From positions 68,338-132,337 of the forward strand of contig CBDCMQ010000005.1 in NCBI GenBank assembly GCA_965219205.1: a DNA stretch of 64,000 nt, read 5' to 3'. The notes beneath the pieces are model-generated. The model did not search any database and was not told the origin of the DNA. It was given only the letters and a program-made list of their open reading frames with translations. Position numbers and translations under genes: made by a program. This DNA comes from Dehalococcoidia bacterium (GTDB lineage Bacteria; Chloroflexota; Dehalococcoidia; DSTF01; WHTK01). Below, piece by piece: positions 37,250-46,408 of the stretch. How positions within the stretch are numbered: position 1 is the first letter of the stretch; every line of letters starts with the position of its first letter.

Positions 37250-38205
37250 CCGCTCGCCGCGCGTTCGATCGGCTTTTCTCCGGTAAGGAAGCGCCGCGGC
37301 ACTTCCTCCATCATCAGCCGGATTTGTTCGTCGGAAACGCCGTCCTCGATAAGCGCGGGTAGGGCGACGCGTTTGAGAAAGGTGTAACGAACCGGGTCAT
37401 CTTCAGGTTCGTCCGCCGTATCCACCATGACGGACTTCGGCGGGTAGTCATGTCCGAGCATGATACGAGACGCCCAGCCGCGATCGATAAGGCGTTTGAC
37501 GGTCGCGTTGCGTTCTTGCCACTGCAATCCTCCCGGCCCGGCCGGGTAGCGATCCATCGAGAGGTAGCAGCCCTCCTTGAGCAAGTCCTCCAGGAAGGCG
37601 TCATTGGTTGTATCGGCGCTATGGCCGATGCAGACCAGGTGCATGGGTACACCCTCATCCAGCAAGACTTCGACCTGTCGGCGGCCCACCTCTTCCGGCG
37701 CCCATTGATGGGTGCTAATCGGAATGCCGGTTTCCTTGGCAACCCGAGCGGCGGCTCGGAGGGCCTTTTCGGCAATCTCGGTGACGCCTTCCGCGTCGCT
37801 TGCCATCTTTATGACACCGGGCTTGATGGGGGTTCCGTCAATACCATGTTCAATTTCGTGGAACATGAAGCGGGCGATGAAATCTGCATCTCTCTGCCAG
37901 AAGACGAAGGGAATTTGGCGCCAGAGGCCGGTCGCCGCGATGATATTGACGCCGGTAGCCTCGGAAATTTCCTTCATGACCAGGACCTCGCGACCGATGT
38001 CGATGGTCGAAAGTTCGATCATGCTGTCAACACCGCCGGCCTTCGCCGCCCTGAGCAGCTTGATGCCCTTCGCTACGCTCGCGTCTCGATCGAAGAGAAA
38101 GGGCAGATAACGCCAGGCAGCCATGATCATCACGTGTTCATGGCTGAGCGTGAAGCCGAGTTGCCCTGAATCGACAGGACCTGTAACGGTGTTTACGTTC
38201 GCCAT
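37246..38205 (-). CDS. phosphotriesterase-family (PTE/PLL lactonase-like) metal hydrolase
   Basis: GFTLSHEHV N-terminal motif, plus STHQ, IGHSAD and LGHDYP. 319 aa. Confidence 0.8.
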   Translation of the reverse strand: MANVNTVTGPVDSGQLGFTLSHEHVMIMAAWRYLPFLFDRDASVAKGIKLLRAAKAGGVDSMIELSTIDIGREVLVMKEISEATGVNIIAATGLWRQIPFVFWQRDADFIARFMFHEIEHGIDGTPIKPGVIKMASDAEGVTEIAEKALRAAARVAKETGIPISTHQWAPEEVGRRQVEVLLDEGVPMHLVCIGHSADTTNDAFLEDLLKEGCYLSMDRYPAGPGGLQWQERNATVKRLIDRGWASRIMLGHDYPPKSVMVDTADEPEDDPVRYTFLKRVALPALIEDGVSDEQIRLMMEEVPRRFLTGEKPIERAASG

Positions 38206-38415
38206 GGTTTGCCGCTCCTCTTACATCCCCATCACTATTCGATTTGGGATAATCTCACCAACCGCAGCGTGCAAACTAGACTGCATCGTTTAGGTTGTCA
38301 ATTTCGGCCATTGAGGACGGCTTCACTTGCCAACCGCGGCTCACCTCGGTCAAAGTTCAGATCACGAAGCCAGCTTGCGCTACAACTTCGTTGCACATTC
38401 ACCAGGAGAACGGCT

Positions 38416-39288
38416 TTGACAACCGCGTCAGATCTCACCGAAGCAGGCACCAGCAAGACGGTCCAGGTCGGGCAGGACAAGATTCACTACCACGAAGCCG
38501 GCGAGGGTCCGCCCGTGATCTTCTGTCACGCTTACGGTCCAGGAACGACCGCCTGGATAAACTTCAGCAAAAACATTGGTCCCCTTTCGCAACACTTTCG
38601 TTGCCTGCTGGTCGACTCCAACGCCACCGGTAAAACCTCGGTCGCACCGGTGGATGGCGAGACCGGACACGAAACGCTGGCCCGCACCGTACTGCTTTTC
38701 ATGGACGCTTTAGGGATTGAAAAAGCCGACCTGCTTGGCGAGTCGATGGGAGGCACCACCGTCCTGGTCTTTGCCTTCAAATATCCTGATCGGGTGGGAA
38801 GAGTTGTCACCGGCAGCTGCCACCACGCAACATTGCAGTCCTCTCGAGATGGCGGCGAGCCCTACATGATCGCCAACCGCCCTTCAGAGGGAAACCGCAG
38901 CACTGCCAGGGTGACCGCAGACCCTTCGAAGGAGAGTTTCCGCGAATACCTCCAGGTCCATCTAGACCAGGAAAGCCTGGTTACAGATGAGCTGGTCGAC
39001 TACGTGCATGGCGCCTATCACGAATCCCAAGCCGATCGCCCCCCGGACAGCCAGCGGGGGCCTGGCGCGACCTACTCCAACCTGCACGACCTCTGGGATG
39101 TAAAAGCGCCAACCATGATCATCTACGGGCGTTACGACCGCATGTGTTCCTACGAAATCGGCCTGACGATCCTCAACTACGTCGCCGACTCGCGCATCGT
39201 GGTGCTAAACGATTGCGGCCACTGGCCGCCCTACGAGCGCTCGGAGGAGTACAACGCCTACGTCGAGGCCTTTTTGAAGCTGGGGTGA
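38416..39288 (+). CDS. alpha/beta hydrolase (meta-cleavage-product hydrolase-like), paralog of 16538..17410
   Basis: Elbow GESMGG and CGHWPPYERSEEY. The in-frame TTG at 38416 lies 6 nt after aggaga. The 5' extension in the ORF track (38209) is unsupported. Confidence 0.8.
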   Translation: MTTASDLTEAGTSKTVQVGQDKIHYHEAGEGPPVIFCHAYGPGTTAWINFSKNIGPLSQHFRCLLVDSNATGKTSVAPVDGETGHETLARTVLLFMDALGIEKADLLGESMGGTTVLVFAFKYPDRVGRVVTGSCHHATLQSSRDGGEPYMIANRPSEGNRSTARVTADPSKESFREYLQVHLDQESLVTDELVDYVHGAYHESQADRPPDSQRGPGATYSNLHDLWDVKAPTMIIYGRYDRMCSYEIGLTILNYVADSRIVVLNDCGHWPPYERSEEYNAYVEAFLKLG

Positions 39289-39307
39289 TCGCAAGGCTGC
39301 TCGGACC

Positions 39308-40339
39308 ATGACGCATCTGCTCGCTTTGCTTTGCTTGTTTGGAGTCGTCAGCCTTGCTTGTGCTGGTAATTCGACACCGCCTTCACCAACCACTGTGTCT
39401 GCCACGGCGACAGCCACAACCGTGCCGGCCACGGCGACGGTGGCGCCTCCGACTGCCACACCGGCGCGGAGCATTGTTTTTTCCACAACCGTTTCAAGCG
39501 TCTACTTCGACGTGTTCGGTTTGACCACGCGTGAGATTTTCGACTCGATTGATGCGAATGGCCCGCGACTTGAGAACGATGAGTTGGGATTGGCATCCTG
39601 GAATTATTCCGGACTGGATTGGCGAGTTCGTGCCGGCCTCAACAACTGCGGCATCGCTTCCGTCAATTTGAGCGTCGAAATCGTTGTCACCCTGCCAAGG
39701 CTGGTTGACTTTGATGATGCAAGCGCCGAAATCCAGCGCCGCTGGGAGGATCTTGCGGCGGAAGTTGCCGCTCACGAGCAAAGGCACGTCGATATCGTTC
39801 TTGAAGGCGTGGAGAGCCTGGAGCGGAAGCTGGGGACATTGGAGCCGCTAGCTTCCTGTCCAGCACTCGATTCCAGAATCGAGGCGCTTTGGAGCGAGCA
39901 GCTGATTCTGATCGATGAGGCCCAGGAGGCCTTCCACGCCGCGGACGAGGCACGCCTGGAGTTGCTTCGAGCCCCTTTAACCAGTCAGCTAGAGGCCAAC
40001 TCTGCCCAGTTGGTCGCCTGGGAAAGCCAGCTTCAGTCGCTCGATGCTGAGCTTGCGAATGACGACGCCAGGCTGGAAATCATGCAGGCTGAGCTCGAAA
40101 TCCTGGCGGCGGAGCTCGATGAAATCACCGACGCGTATCCGGGTGGAGCGCTGCCGCCGGCGGTTTCCAACCAGTTCGAAGTGCTGAGGCAGAACTATAG
40201 TAGCAAGCTTGCCCAGTTCAATGATTTGGTAGAGCAGTACAACGCCACTCTTGCCATTCGCGAATCTCTGGCAGGCCAGCATGATGTGCTGAGAATCGAG
40301 ACGAACAGCATCCTTGATCAGATAGCCTGGATTCAGTAA
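39308..40339 (+). CDS. lipoprotein with a DUF922/COG5661-like HExxH domain and a long C-terminal coiled-coil
   Basis: Signal plus lipobox (LFGVVSLAC), a Thr/Ala/Pro linker, then Y.DV.G.T..E......GP...A.W......W......C.I..V.....I..TLP, and HEQRH. The C-terminal ~150 aa is heptad-like (LEANSAQLVAWESQLQSLDAELANDDARLEIMQAELEILAAELDE). Confidence 0.6.
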   Translation: MTHLLALLCLFGVVSLACAGNSTPPSPTTVSATATATTVPATATVAPPTATPARSIVFSTTVSSVYFDVFGLTTREIFDSIDANGPRLENDELGLASWNYSGLDWRVRAGLNNCGIASVNLSVEIVVTLPRLVDFDDASAEIQRRWEDLAAEVAAHEQRHVDIVLEGVESLERKLGTLEPLASCPALDSRIEALWSEQLILIDEAQEAFHAADEARLELLRAPLTSQLEANSAQLVAWESQLQSLDAELANDDARLEIMQAELEILAAELDEITDAYPGGALPPAVSNQFEVLRQNYSSKLAQFNDLVEQYNATLAIRESLAGQHDVLRIETNSILDQIAWIQ

Positions 40340-40341
40340 AC

Positions 40342-40485
40342 GCTCTCCAGGTTATCGATACCGAAGGCAAGGTGATTCGCGAAAGCGAGAAGACCCACCT
40401 CTGTCGACGCGGCAAGTCAAGCAATAAGCCGTTTTGTGATGGCTCCCATAATGAAGACTTCGAGAGCGTCATTCGCGCCGAGTAG
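40342..40485 (+). pseudogene. CDGSH iron-sulfur domain relic
   Basis: The frame reads ..VIDTEGKVIRESEKTHLCRRGKSSNKPFCDGSHNEDFESVIRAE*. The canonical motif is C-x-C-x2-S-x3-P-F-C-D-G-S-H, and here the second Cys is Arg. No ATG/GTG/TTG start lies upstream of the domain, and the frame opens only at 40318. Confidence 0.5.
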
Positions 40486-40518
40486 GTAGCCCAAGACTCG
40501 GTCGCGCGAAGGACCCGT

Positions 40519-41166
40519 TCAGTCGTGGAGCCGAGCGCTGCCCGAGAGGGCTGGTTGGGGACGAAGCCGTCTTTGGATGAATGACTGAATGAAAGCGGCG
40601 CCGAGCTTGAGGCTGTTCGCCCGCTGCATGAACAGGTCCTTGCTGATGCCGTCGTAGTAAACCGACTTTCGAATCGAGACTCCTTCCACCGGATTTTGAA
40701 GACCGCCCATTTCGAACTCCCTGCCGGTCAGTTCCATCGCGAGGTCGAGCAGTACGTCCATACGGTCCTGTTCAGCCAACGAGTCAAGTGCAGCCTGGTA
40801 GATATCGCCAATCTCGACGATTGCTTCGAGAATTACCTCGTCCACTCGGTCGGGCCGCATGTAAACGCCGACTTGCCGTCCTGCCTCCTCAGCGGAAAGA
40901 CGCCAGCTCAGGTTTTCAGGCGGACTGTCCAAAACGCCCCAACCATCCTCACGCAGCCAGTCCTGGATGCGGGTTTTCAGAAGGGCTGGCAGCGTATCCT
41001 GGCTGTCGTCGTCAAGCATTTCTAAAGCACGCCGCTCAGATTTTTCATCGTTTTGCCAGCCGATACTCTCTCTGCCCGTAATTTCGGTCGCAATGAGTCC
41101 CTTCTGAGTACAACGCATTTCGGGACTTAATATCACATCAAAACCTCTCGGCGTTTGATTAGTCAT
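40519..41166 (-). CDS. hypothetical acidic cytoplasmic protein (family not recognised; possibly YbjN/chaperone-like)
   Basis: 215-aa ORF with no overlapping alternative. No motif recognised. Confidence 0.5.
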   Translation of the reverse strand: MTNQTPRGFDVILSPEMRCTQKGLIATEITGRESIGWQNDEKSERRALEMLDDDSQDTLPALLKTRIQDWLREDGWGVLDSPPENLSWRLSAEEAGRQVGVYMRPDRVDEVILEAIVEIGDIYQAALDSLAEQDRMDVLLDLAMELTGREFEMGGLQNPVEGVSIRKSVYYDGISKDLFMQRANSLKLGAAFIQSFIQRRLRPQPALSGSARLHD

Positions 41167-41327
41167 TATGTCAATAATTCCGATCCTTTAGCTGCCCCCC
41201 AAAGGGTTCCGAAACCTGTTGGGTCTTTCGGCCCTTCTGGGGCGAAATCAGGTTGGCCAAAGCGAATACCAAAGATTTGCAGAGCAAGTTGGCATGGTGG
41301 ATGGCGGGCCTTGGGTGGCGGGGTAAG

Positions 41328-42290
41328 ATGGATCTGAGGCGAGGCATGGCAGCAAAGCCTGGAAGAGGATCCCAGACGAACCGAAGTAGGAGTCAACGCG
41401 GCCTACTGCCGATTTTGGCGCTTTTCAGCGTCGTCTTGCTTTCTTGGGCTTGCAGCAGCGCGGGAACACAGGATGCCCCGGCCAGGGAGGCGCCACCGAC
41501 GCCAAACCCGCCGACCGTCGCGGCGCCGACCGCGACGCAGCCTCCGGAGGCAACTCAGTCGATTCCGACGGCGATCGCATCGCCGGGCCCCACCTCCACA
41601 CCACAGTTGGCCGCCGGTGAGGCGATTGTTGTTGGCGGCGAGGTTCGAACCCGGGCAGAGCCGTCTTCAGAGTCGGAGCTCGTGGGCTCGCTCGATGACT
41701 TGCAGAGAGTAACGATCGTCAGGCGGGTCCAAGGCGAGAATTGGGTTATCGGTGACCAGACTTGGGTTTCGACAGCGCCCAACTGGGCCAGTGAGTGGTT
41801 CGAGCTGCAGGACGGGAGCTACGTTTACGGGGCGTTTGTCTTCATCCTCAAAGAGGGTGAGCTGTCGCCGACGGCGCCGACACCTGAGGGCGAGGAGCGC
41901 TGGATCGACATTGACCTGTCGGAGCAGATGGCACGGGCGATGGTCGGCGACCAGGTTGTGTTCGAGGCACCGATAACCAGCGGCCAGGCGCCTTTCGAGA
42001 CGCCAAAGGGCAGTCTGGCGGTCGAGCCGGACGGGCGGATCGCGGTGGAGAAAATGACCGCGTCGCAGGCGGGTTACGCGGAAGAAGTGGCGCAATATGA
42101 CGTTGAAAGAGTGCTATTTACGCAGTATTTCGACCGCATAGGCAACGCGCTACATCTCAACTACTGGCGGCCCCACTCGGTTTTTGGTAACACGCCAACA
42201 AGCCATGGCTGTGCCGGTTTGGAGTTGCACGAGGCGCAGTACCTGTGGCTATTTGCCACGGCGGGTACTCGGATTGAAATCCACGACTAG
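41328..42290 (+). CDS. L,D-transpeptidase (YkuD domain) with an SH3-like domain; exported or lipoprotein
   Basis: Catalytic TSHGCAGL motif. IDIDLSEQMARAMVGDQVVFEAPITSG. N-terminal hydrophobic segment ending LSWAC. The start is uncertain (41253, 41328 or 41346). Confidence 0.8.
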   Translation: MDLRRGMAAKPGRGSQTNRSRSQRGLLPILALFSVVLLSWACSSAGTQDAPAREAPPTPNPPTVAAPTATQPPEATQSIPTAIASPGPTSTPQLAAGEAIVVGGEVRTRAEPSSESELVGSLDDLQRVTIVRRVQGENWVIGDQTWVSTAPNWASEWFELQDGSYVYGAFVFILKEGELSPTAPTPEGEERWIDIDLSEQMARAMVGDQVVFEAPITSGQAPFETPKGSLAVEPDGRIAVEKMTASQAGYAEEVAQYDVERVLFTQYFDRIGNALHLNYWRPHSVFGNTPTSHGCAGLELHEAQYLWLFATAGTRIEIHD

Positions 42291-42318
42291 CGGCGATTGG
42301 TTTGAGATCTTATTCACG

Positions 42319-43731
42319 CTATGCCCTGGCCGCCGCCGCCGGGCTGGGGAGGACGGTGCGCTTTCGTAGAAACAAGGTCGTGAACGCTGCTATCACTGAG
42401 AGGCCTAGCATCAACGAAAATGCGGCGTCATAGCTTCCCGAAGCGTCAAAAATCAGCCCGCCGGCGAATGCGCCGAGCCCTCCACCCAGTTGATGCACCA
42501 TGAGGACAAAGCTGGCCAGGATGGCTAAGTTTCTCTGGCCGAAAAGGTCTTGGACAAAAACCGTAACCAGAGGTGCGGTGATCAGAAACGTAAACGCGAA
42601 TAGCAACCCGAAGCCAAAAATCGCCAAATCTGCTTTGACCAGGACAATCATTGAGAAGATTGCGATCCGCAGGAGAAAACAGAGCATGGTCGCTGCAACC
42701 GCGCCGACCGTATTGGCCATCAGACCTGCGGTCAAGACACCGGCAAACGCCATGACCCCCATAACTGCCAGCATGCTGCCAGCGGCGCGCTGACTCACGT
42801 CCTGGTCGGTTGCAAATGCGACCAGATGGGTGGAAACAAAGACGTCATGGAAGCCACAGATCACATAAACAAAGGCCAAAATCCAAAGCGCTCGGCTGCG
42901 GGCGTAATCCTTGAGGCCGTTTGGTTCGTTGGCCGTGTCCTTAGCACTCTCTGGGGATTCAGACTTCGGGTCCTGCCGGCGAACGGCTGAGGGAGCGTCC
43001 CGAGGCGAGCGTGAGGCAGGAACCAAGGTAAAAACTAGTGGCATAACCGCGAGCAGGAAGGCGATTCCGAGAACAGAAAATGCCGCCCGCCAGCCGAGGT
43101 CGTCCATGAAAGCAGCTAACAAGCCAATCAGCACCAGTTGGCCAAGGCTGCCGCCGGACTGGGCAACGGCGTTGGCAAGTCCGTGTCCACGCTGAAACCA
43201 GCGGCTGATCATCACCTGAACCGGTAGCAAAGACGTGCCAGGATTGGCAAAGGGGAAGGCTACGCCGTAAAGAAGGAAGACCTGCCAAGGCGCGTTAACC
43301 AGCCCTAAACTGGCGATGCTGACACCGCTAACTAGGGTTGCAGCGGCCATGATCAATCGCAGGCTGTGCTTGTCCAGGAGCCGCCCTGTGAGCAGGAGTG
43401 CAGGGGCGGCGACGATAGATGAGGTCGTGACGACCAAAGATTGGGTGGATCGGCTGAGGTCCAAGTCTTCACTGAGTGGCTTGAAGACGAGGCCGAAGAT
43501 CGCTAACCGGCCGCCGCCCATGAAAAGGATTAGGAATCCGGCGGCCCAAACAACCCATCTTGGCTCTATGCCGCCCGTACTGCTCCGGATGCGGGTGAAA
43601 CGAGGGCTCGGGTTTTCGGACACGGTCCTCGGATCATGTGGGCCGGTCAAATCAACGTCAAGCGAGCCGGAGTGCCGTCCGGAATGACCTTGAAATAGAA
43701 AGAAAGAGACGGCTCGTACCCGGCGAGCCAT
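42319..43731 (-). CDS. MFS transporter
   Basis: About 12 hydrophobic segments. FGLVFKPLSEDLDLSRS is typical of the OFA/MCT-like MFS branch. The N-terminus is uncertain; a GTG at 43623 preceded by gagga is an alternative. Confidence 0.8.
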   Translation of the reverse strand: MARRVRAVSFFLFQGHSGRHSGSLDVDLTGPHDPRTVSENPSPRFTRIRSSTGGIEPRWVVWAAGFLILFMGGGRLAIFGLVFKPLSEDLDLSRSTQSLVVTTSSIVAAPALLLTGRLLDKHSLRLIMAAATLVSGVSIASLGLVNAPWQVFLLYGVAFPFANPGTSLLPVQVMISRWFQRGHGLANAVAQSGGSLGQLVLIGLLAAFMDDLGWRAAFSVLGIAFLLAVMPLVFTLVPASRSPRDAPSAVRRQDPKSESPESAKDTANEPNGLKDYARSRALWILAFVYVICGFHDVFVSTHLVAFATDQDVSQRAAGSMLAVMGVMAFAGVLTAGLMANTVGAVAATMLCFLLRIAIFSMIVLVKADLAIFGFGLLFAFTFLITAPLVTVFVQDLFGQRNLAILASFVLMVHQLGGGLGAFAGGLIFDASGSYDAAFSLMLGLSVIAAFTTLFLRKRTVLPSPAAAARA

Positions 43732-43756
43732 CTGTTCTAGTTACTGCTGGAACTGT

Positions 43757-45082
43757 CTAAGCGTGGCCCCCGGGTGGTGGTGTGTGGTTGGCCTTCAGAT
43801 CCGCCCAACTTTCAGCCGCCATATAGTCAGCCCACGCACGATACGTCCAGAACTGGCCGTGCTCGTTGACCTTGGCTTCAATATGCATGGGCCCACTCTC
43901 TTCTTGCAGGACTTCGCCACGGCCGAGGTTCATTGCGTAATGCAGCGGAAAGCGCTTACTAATAACGCCCGCGGCTCCACGTGTGCTCTCGCCCCAATTT
44001 TCGCCATCCTCCGTCTCCAGCATTCCGGCGGGGCCGAAAACATGATTGGCCATTCCGACACGCTGCTTGAAGGCTCCTGGCTCGAGGCCTTTCTCGATGA
44101 TGGTGAACCACCAGATCTCAGTCGAATAAGGGCCTTTGGGTAGGCGCAGGCTGACCTGATTGCTCTCGGTGATCCAGAGGTTGGGGAAGATGCTGGGGTG
44201 GCCCATGGACTTCAATGCCACGCTCCCCATCTCCCGGATTACCTCTGGGCGCTCGCGCCAGCTCTCATCTCCGGCCCACTGCTTTACAAACTCGGCGTAC
44301 TCCGGCGTGTACTTGGGACCGCCCACGGCGTGCCCATATTCTCCCAGCATGACGAAATGATCCCGTACCAGTTCGCTTTTTATGCCCGGAGTCGGGCCAT
44401 TGCCGGCGATGCCGGACATCATCGCAGAGGAGTGGGTGATGCCGACGTGATACCAGTCGAAGAGGTTGTCGACGGCAAGCTTCCAGTTGCAGGGAATCGT
44501 GAACTTCTGGATACCACCGACGATTTGCAGCTCACCGCGCTCCGCCAGGTAGCTGATGCCAAGCCTGCCGATCTCACCAAGGAACTCTTCTAGCCCTGGT
44601 GCTTCAGCGTCCATGGTCGCAAAGATGAAGCCCTTGAAGGTATCGACCTGGCCCGCCTTGATCAAGCCCCAGTTTTCCCGGTCGAGCTCCTCGTGGTAGA
44701 CCTCCTTGAAGCCCGGGACACCAACCAGCGCTCCTTTCAAGTCGTAGGTCCAGCCGTGGTAGGTGCACATGAAGGAAGTCGCGTGGCCCTCGTCGGCGCG
44801 GCAGATCGCATTTCCACGGTGGCGGCAGGTGTTGACCAGGACTTGCGGATTTCCGTCGTTGTCCCGGACCACAATGACGCGGTCCTCACCGACGAAAGTC
44901 ATAAAGAAATCGCCGGGATTGGGAATCTGCGAGTCGTGAGCCATGAAGTTCCAGGCGCGAGCGAAAATTCGTTCGAGCTCGAGCTCGTAGATGTCTTGAT
45001 CGGAGAAGATGTTGCGGTCAACGGTTCCTTTTTCCAGATCGACCATACGCAGCATGTCTTCGTTCTTGTAGGTGGTGGTCAT
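43757..45082 (-). CDS. Rieske oxygenase alpha subunit (close paralog group, member 2)
   Basis: CRHRGNAICRADEGHATSFMCTYHGW and DWYHVGITH. The ATG at 45082 lies 7 nt after aggaga. The ORF track extends to 45115. Confidence 0.9.
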   Translation of the reverse strand: MTTTYKNEDMLRMVDLEKGTVDRNIFSDQDIYELELERIFARAWNFMAHDSQIPNPGDFFMTFVGEDRVIVVRDNDGNPQVLVNTCRHRGNAICRADEGHATSFMCTYHGWTYDLKGALVGVPGFKEVYHEELDRENWGLIKAGQVDTFKGFIFATMDAEAPGLEEFLGEIGRLGISYLAERGELQIVGGIQKFTIPCNWKLAVDNLFDWYHVGITHSSAMMSGIAGNGPTPGIKSELVRDHFVMLGEYGHAVGGPKYTPEYAEFVKQWAGDESWRERPEVIREMGSVALKSMGHPSIFPNLWITESNQVSLRLPKGPYSTEIWWFTIIEKGLEPGAFKQRVGMANHVFGPAGMLETEDGENWGESTRGAAGVISKRFPLHYAMNLGRGEVLQEESGPMHIEAKVNEHGQFWTYRAWADYMAAESWADLKANHTPPPGGHA

Positions 45083-45154
45083 GAGAGGTCTCCTACTTTG
45101 AAGGTTTTCTACCAAAAGGGGTTTACTGAGGTTTGATGGACGTTGGTTAGTTTG

Positions 45155-45245
45155 GATTGTAATCGTCGGATTAGGTGGACTCGCGAGGCGCTAGTTGAAA
45201 GATTCTTAATTAAGGCGGCTACAAAGATTTGGTGATTCTGTAATC
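45155..45245. promoter_or_regulatory. cluster of short palindromes in an AT-rich divergent intergenic region
   Basis: GATTgtAATC (45155..45164), cttaattaag (45205..45214), GATTctgtAATC (45234..45245). Lies between the divergent Rieske (minus) and dehydrogenase (plus) genes. Confidence 0.3.
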
Positions 45246-45475
45246 CAAAGCATTGTAAACGCAGTGCTGCCTACCTTGGTACCCGTCCCGAACATATTTA
45301 TGTAAAGGTATTAGCTTCCCTAACATTCGCACTGGCGCTAACCTAAGGCCGCCCTTGATATTTTTGGCGGCTCACCCGCAGCGGGTACATCTTGGGTCGG
45401 CACAGAGAAGTCACTGCCGCGCGGCCGTGATCGAAGAAAACCAGGCAGACGTAAGGAGCCTAGAAGGAGTTTTTC

Positions 45476-46294
45476 ATGGGTTGGTTAGAAGGCGTTTCGG
45501 CCATCGTTACCGGCGGGGGATCAGGAATCGGTAAGGGCATTGTGGAGCGCTTCGTCGAGGAAGGTGCCCATGTCACGGCTGTAGACCGCGTCGAAGATCG
45601 AGTATCCGAACTCGCCGGGAAATTTCCGGGCAAAGTCATCGGCGTTGGTGGCGACGTTGCTAGTCTCGCTGACAATGTTCGGGCGGTTGAGGAGGCGGTT
45701 AAGGCCTTCGGAAAATTGGACGTCTTTATCGGCAATGCCGGGCTGTGGGACTTCAGTCGCGGACTGACCGACACGTCGGGTGAGGACCTAGCATCCGGCT
45801 TTGACGAGCTATTTGGCGTTAATGTGAAGGGCAATCTGCTGGGGGCAAAGGCGGCGCTGCCGGAGCTAACCAAGAGTGAAGGCAACATGATTTTCACCAC
45901 CTCCAACGCCGGCTTTTGGCCCGGTGGCGGTGGTCCTATCTACACGGCGTCAAAGCACGCCATGGTTGGCCTGATTCGTCAATTGGCGTTTGAGTTGACG
46001 CCGACGATTCGGGTAAATGGCGTCGCACCGGGCGGAACTGTAACCGATTTGCGGGGCTTGAATGCATTAGGGCAGGCGGAGACTTCACTCTCATCCCTGT
46101 TTCAAACACCGACAGGCGAGGCTTTCCCCGGCATTTCACCGCCCGAGGATCATGCGGCTGCCTATGTGTTCTTGGCTTCGAAACAGAATTCGCCCAATAC
46201 GACTGGAGCCGTGTTGGACAGCACCAGCGGCATGCTGCCCAATCTGATGAAGATGGCCATGGGCTCAATGCAAGCCCAGATGAGAGGCCAGTAG
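45476..46294 (+). CDS. short-chain dehydrogenase, cis-dihydrodiol dehydrogenase (BphB)-like
   Basis: TGGGSGIGKG and IFTTSNAGFWPGGGGPIYTASKHAMVGLIRQLAFELTPTIRVNGVAPGG. From memory this is close to BphB ([21 protein letters not shown]). SD aaggag. Confidence 0.85.
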   Translation: MGWLEGVSAIVTGGGSGIGKGIVERFVEEGAHVTAVDRVEDRVSELAGKFPGKVIGVGGDVASLADNVRAVEEAVKAFGKLDVFIGNAGLWDFSRGLTDTSGEDLASGFDELFGVNVKGNLLGAKAALPELTKSEGNMIFTTSNAGFWPGGGGPIYTASKHAMVGLIRQLAFELTPTIRVNGVAPGGTVTDLRGLNALGQAETSLSSLFQTPTGEAFPGISPPEDHAAAYVFLASKQNSPNTTGAVLDSTSGMLPNLMKMAMGSMQAQMRGQ

Positions 46295-46325
46295 TCTGTG
46301 CGACTTGCGAGCGATCGATAACTTC

Positions 46326-46358
46326 AAAGGGGGAGCCACGATCGTGGCTCCCCCTTTC
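46326..46358. terminator. bidirectional intrinsic terminator
   Basis: AAA-GGGGGAGCCACGA / TCGTGGCTCCCCC-TTTC is a perfect palindrome (46329..46354) between convergent genes. Confidence 0.65.
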
Positions 46359-46408
46359 GATACTTGGACGCGGCCGCTTAGCTCTGAGAATGTGGCTTCA
46401 TTACTCCG

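Noticed and set aside
38209-38415. A 69-aa N-terminal extension of the alpha/beta hydrolase (ORF track start 38209).
   Set aside because: The paralog at 16538 starts at the equivalent of residue ~70. An in-frame TTG at 38416 has a well-spaced aggaga SD. The extension overlaps the divergent promoter region.
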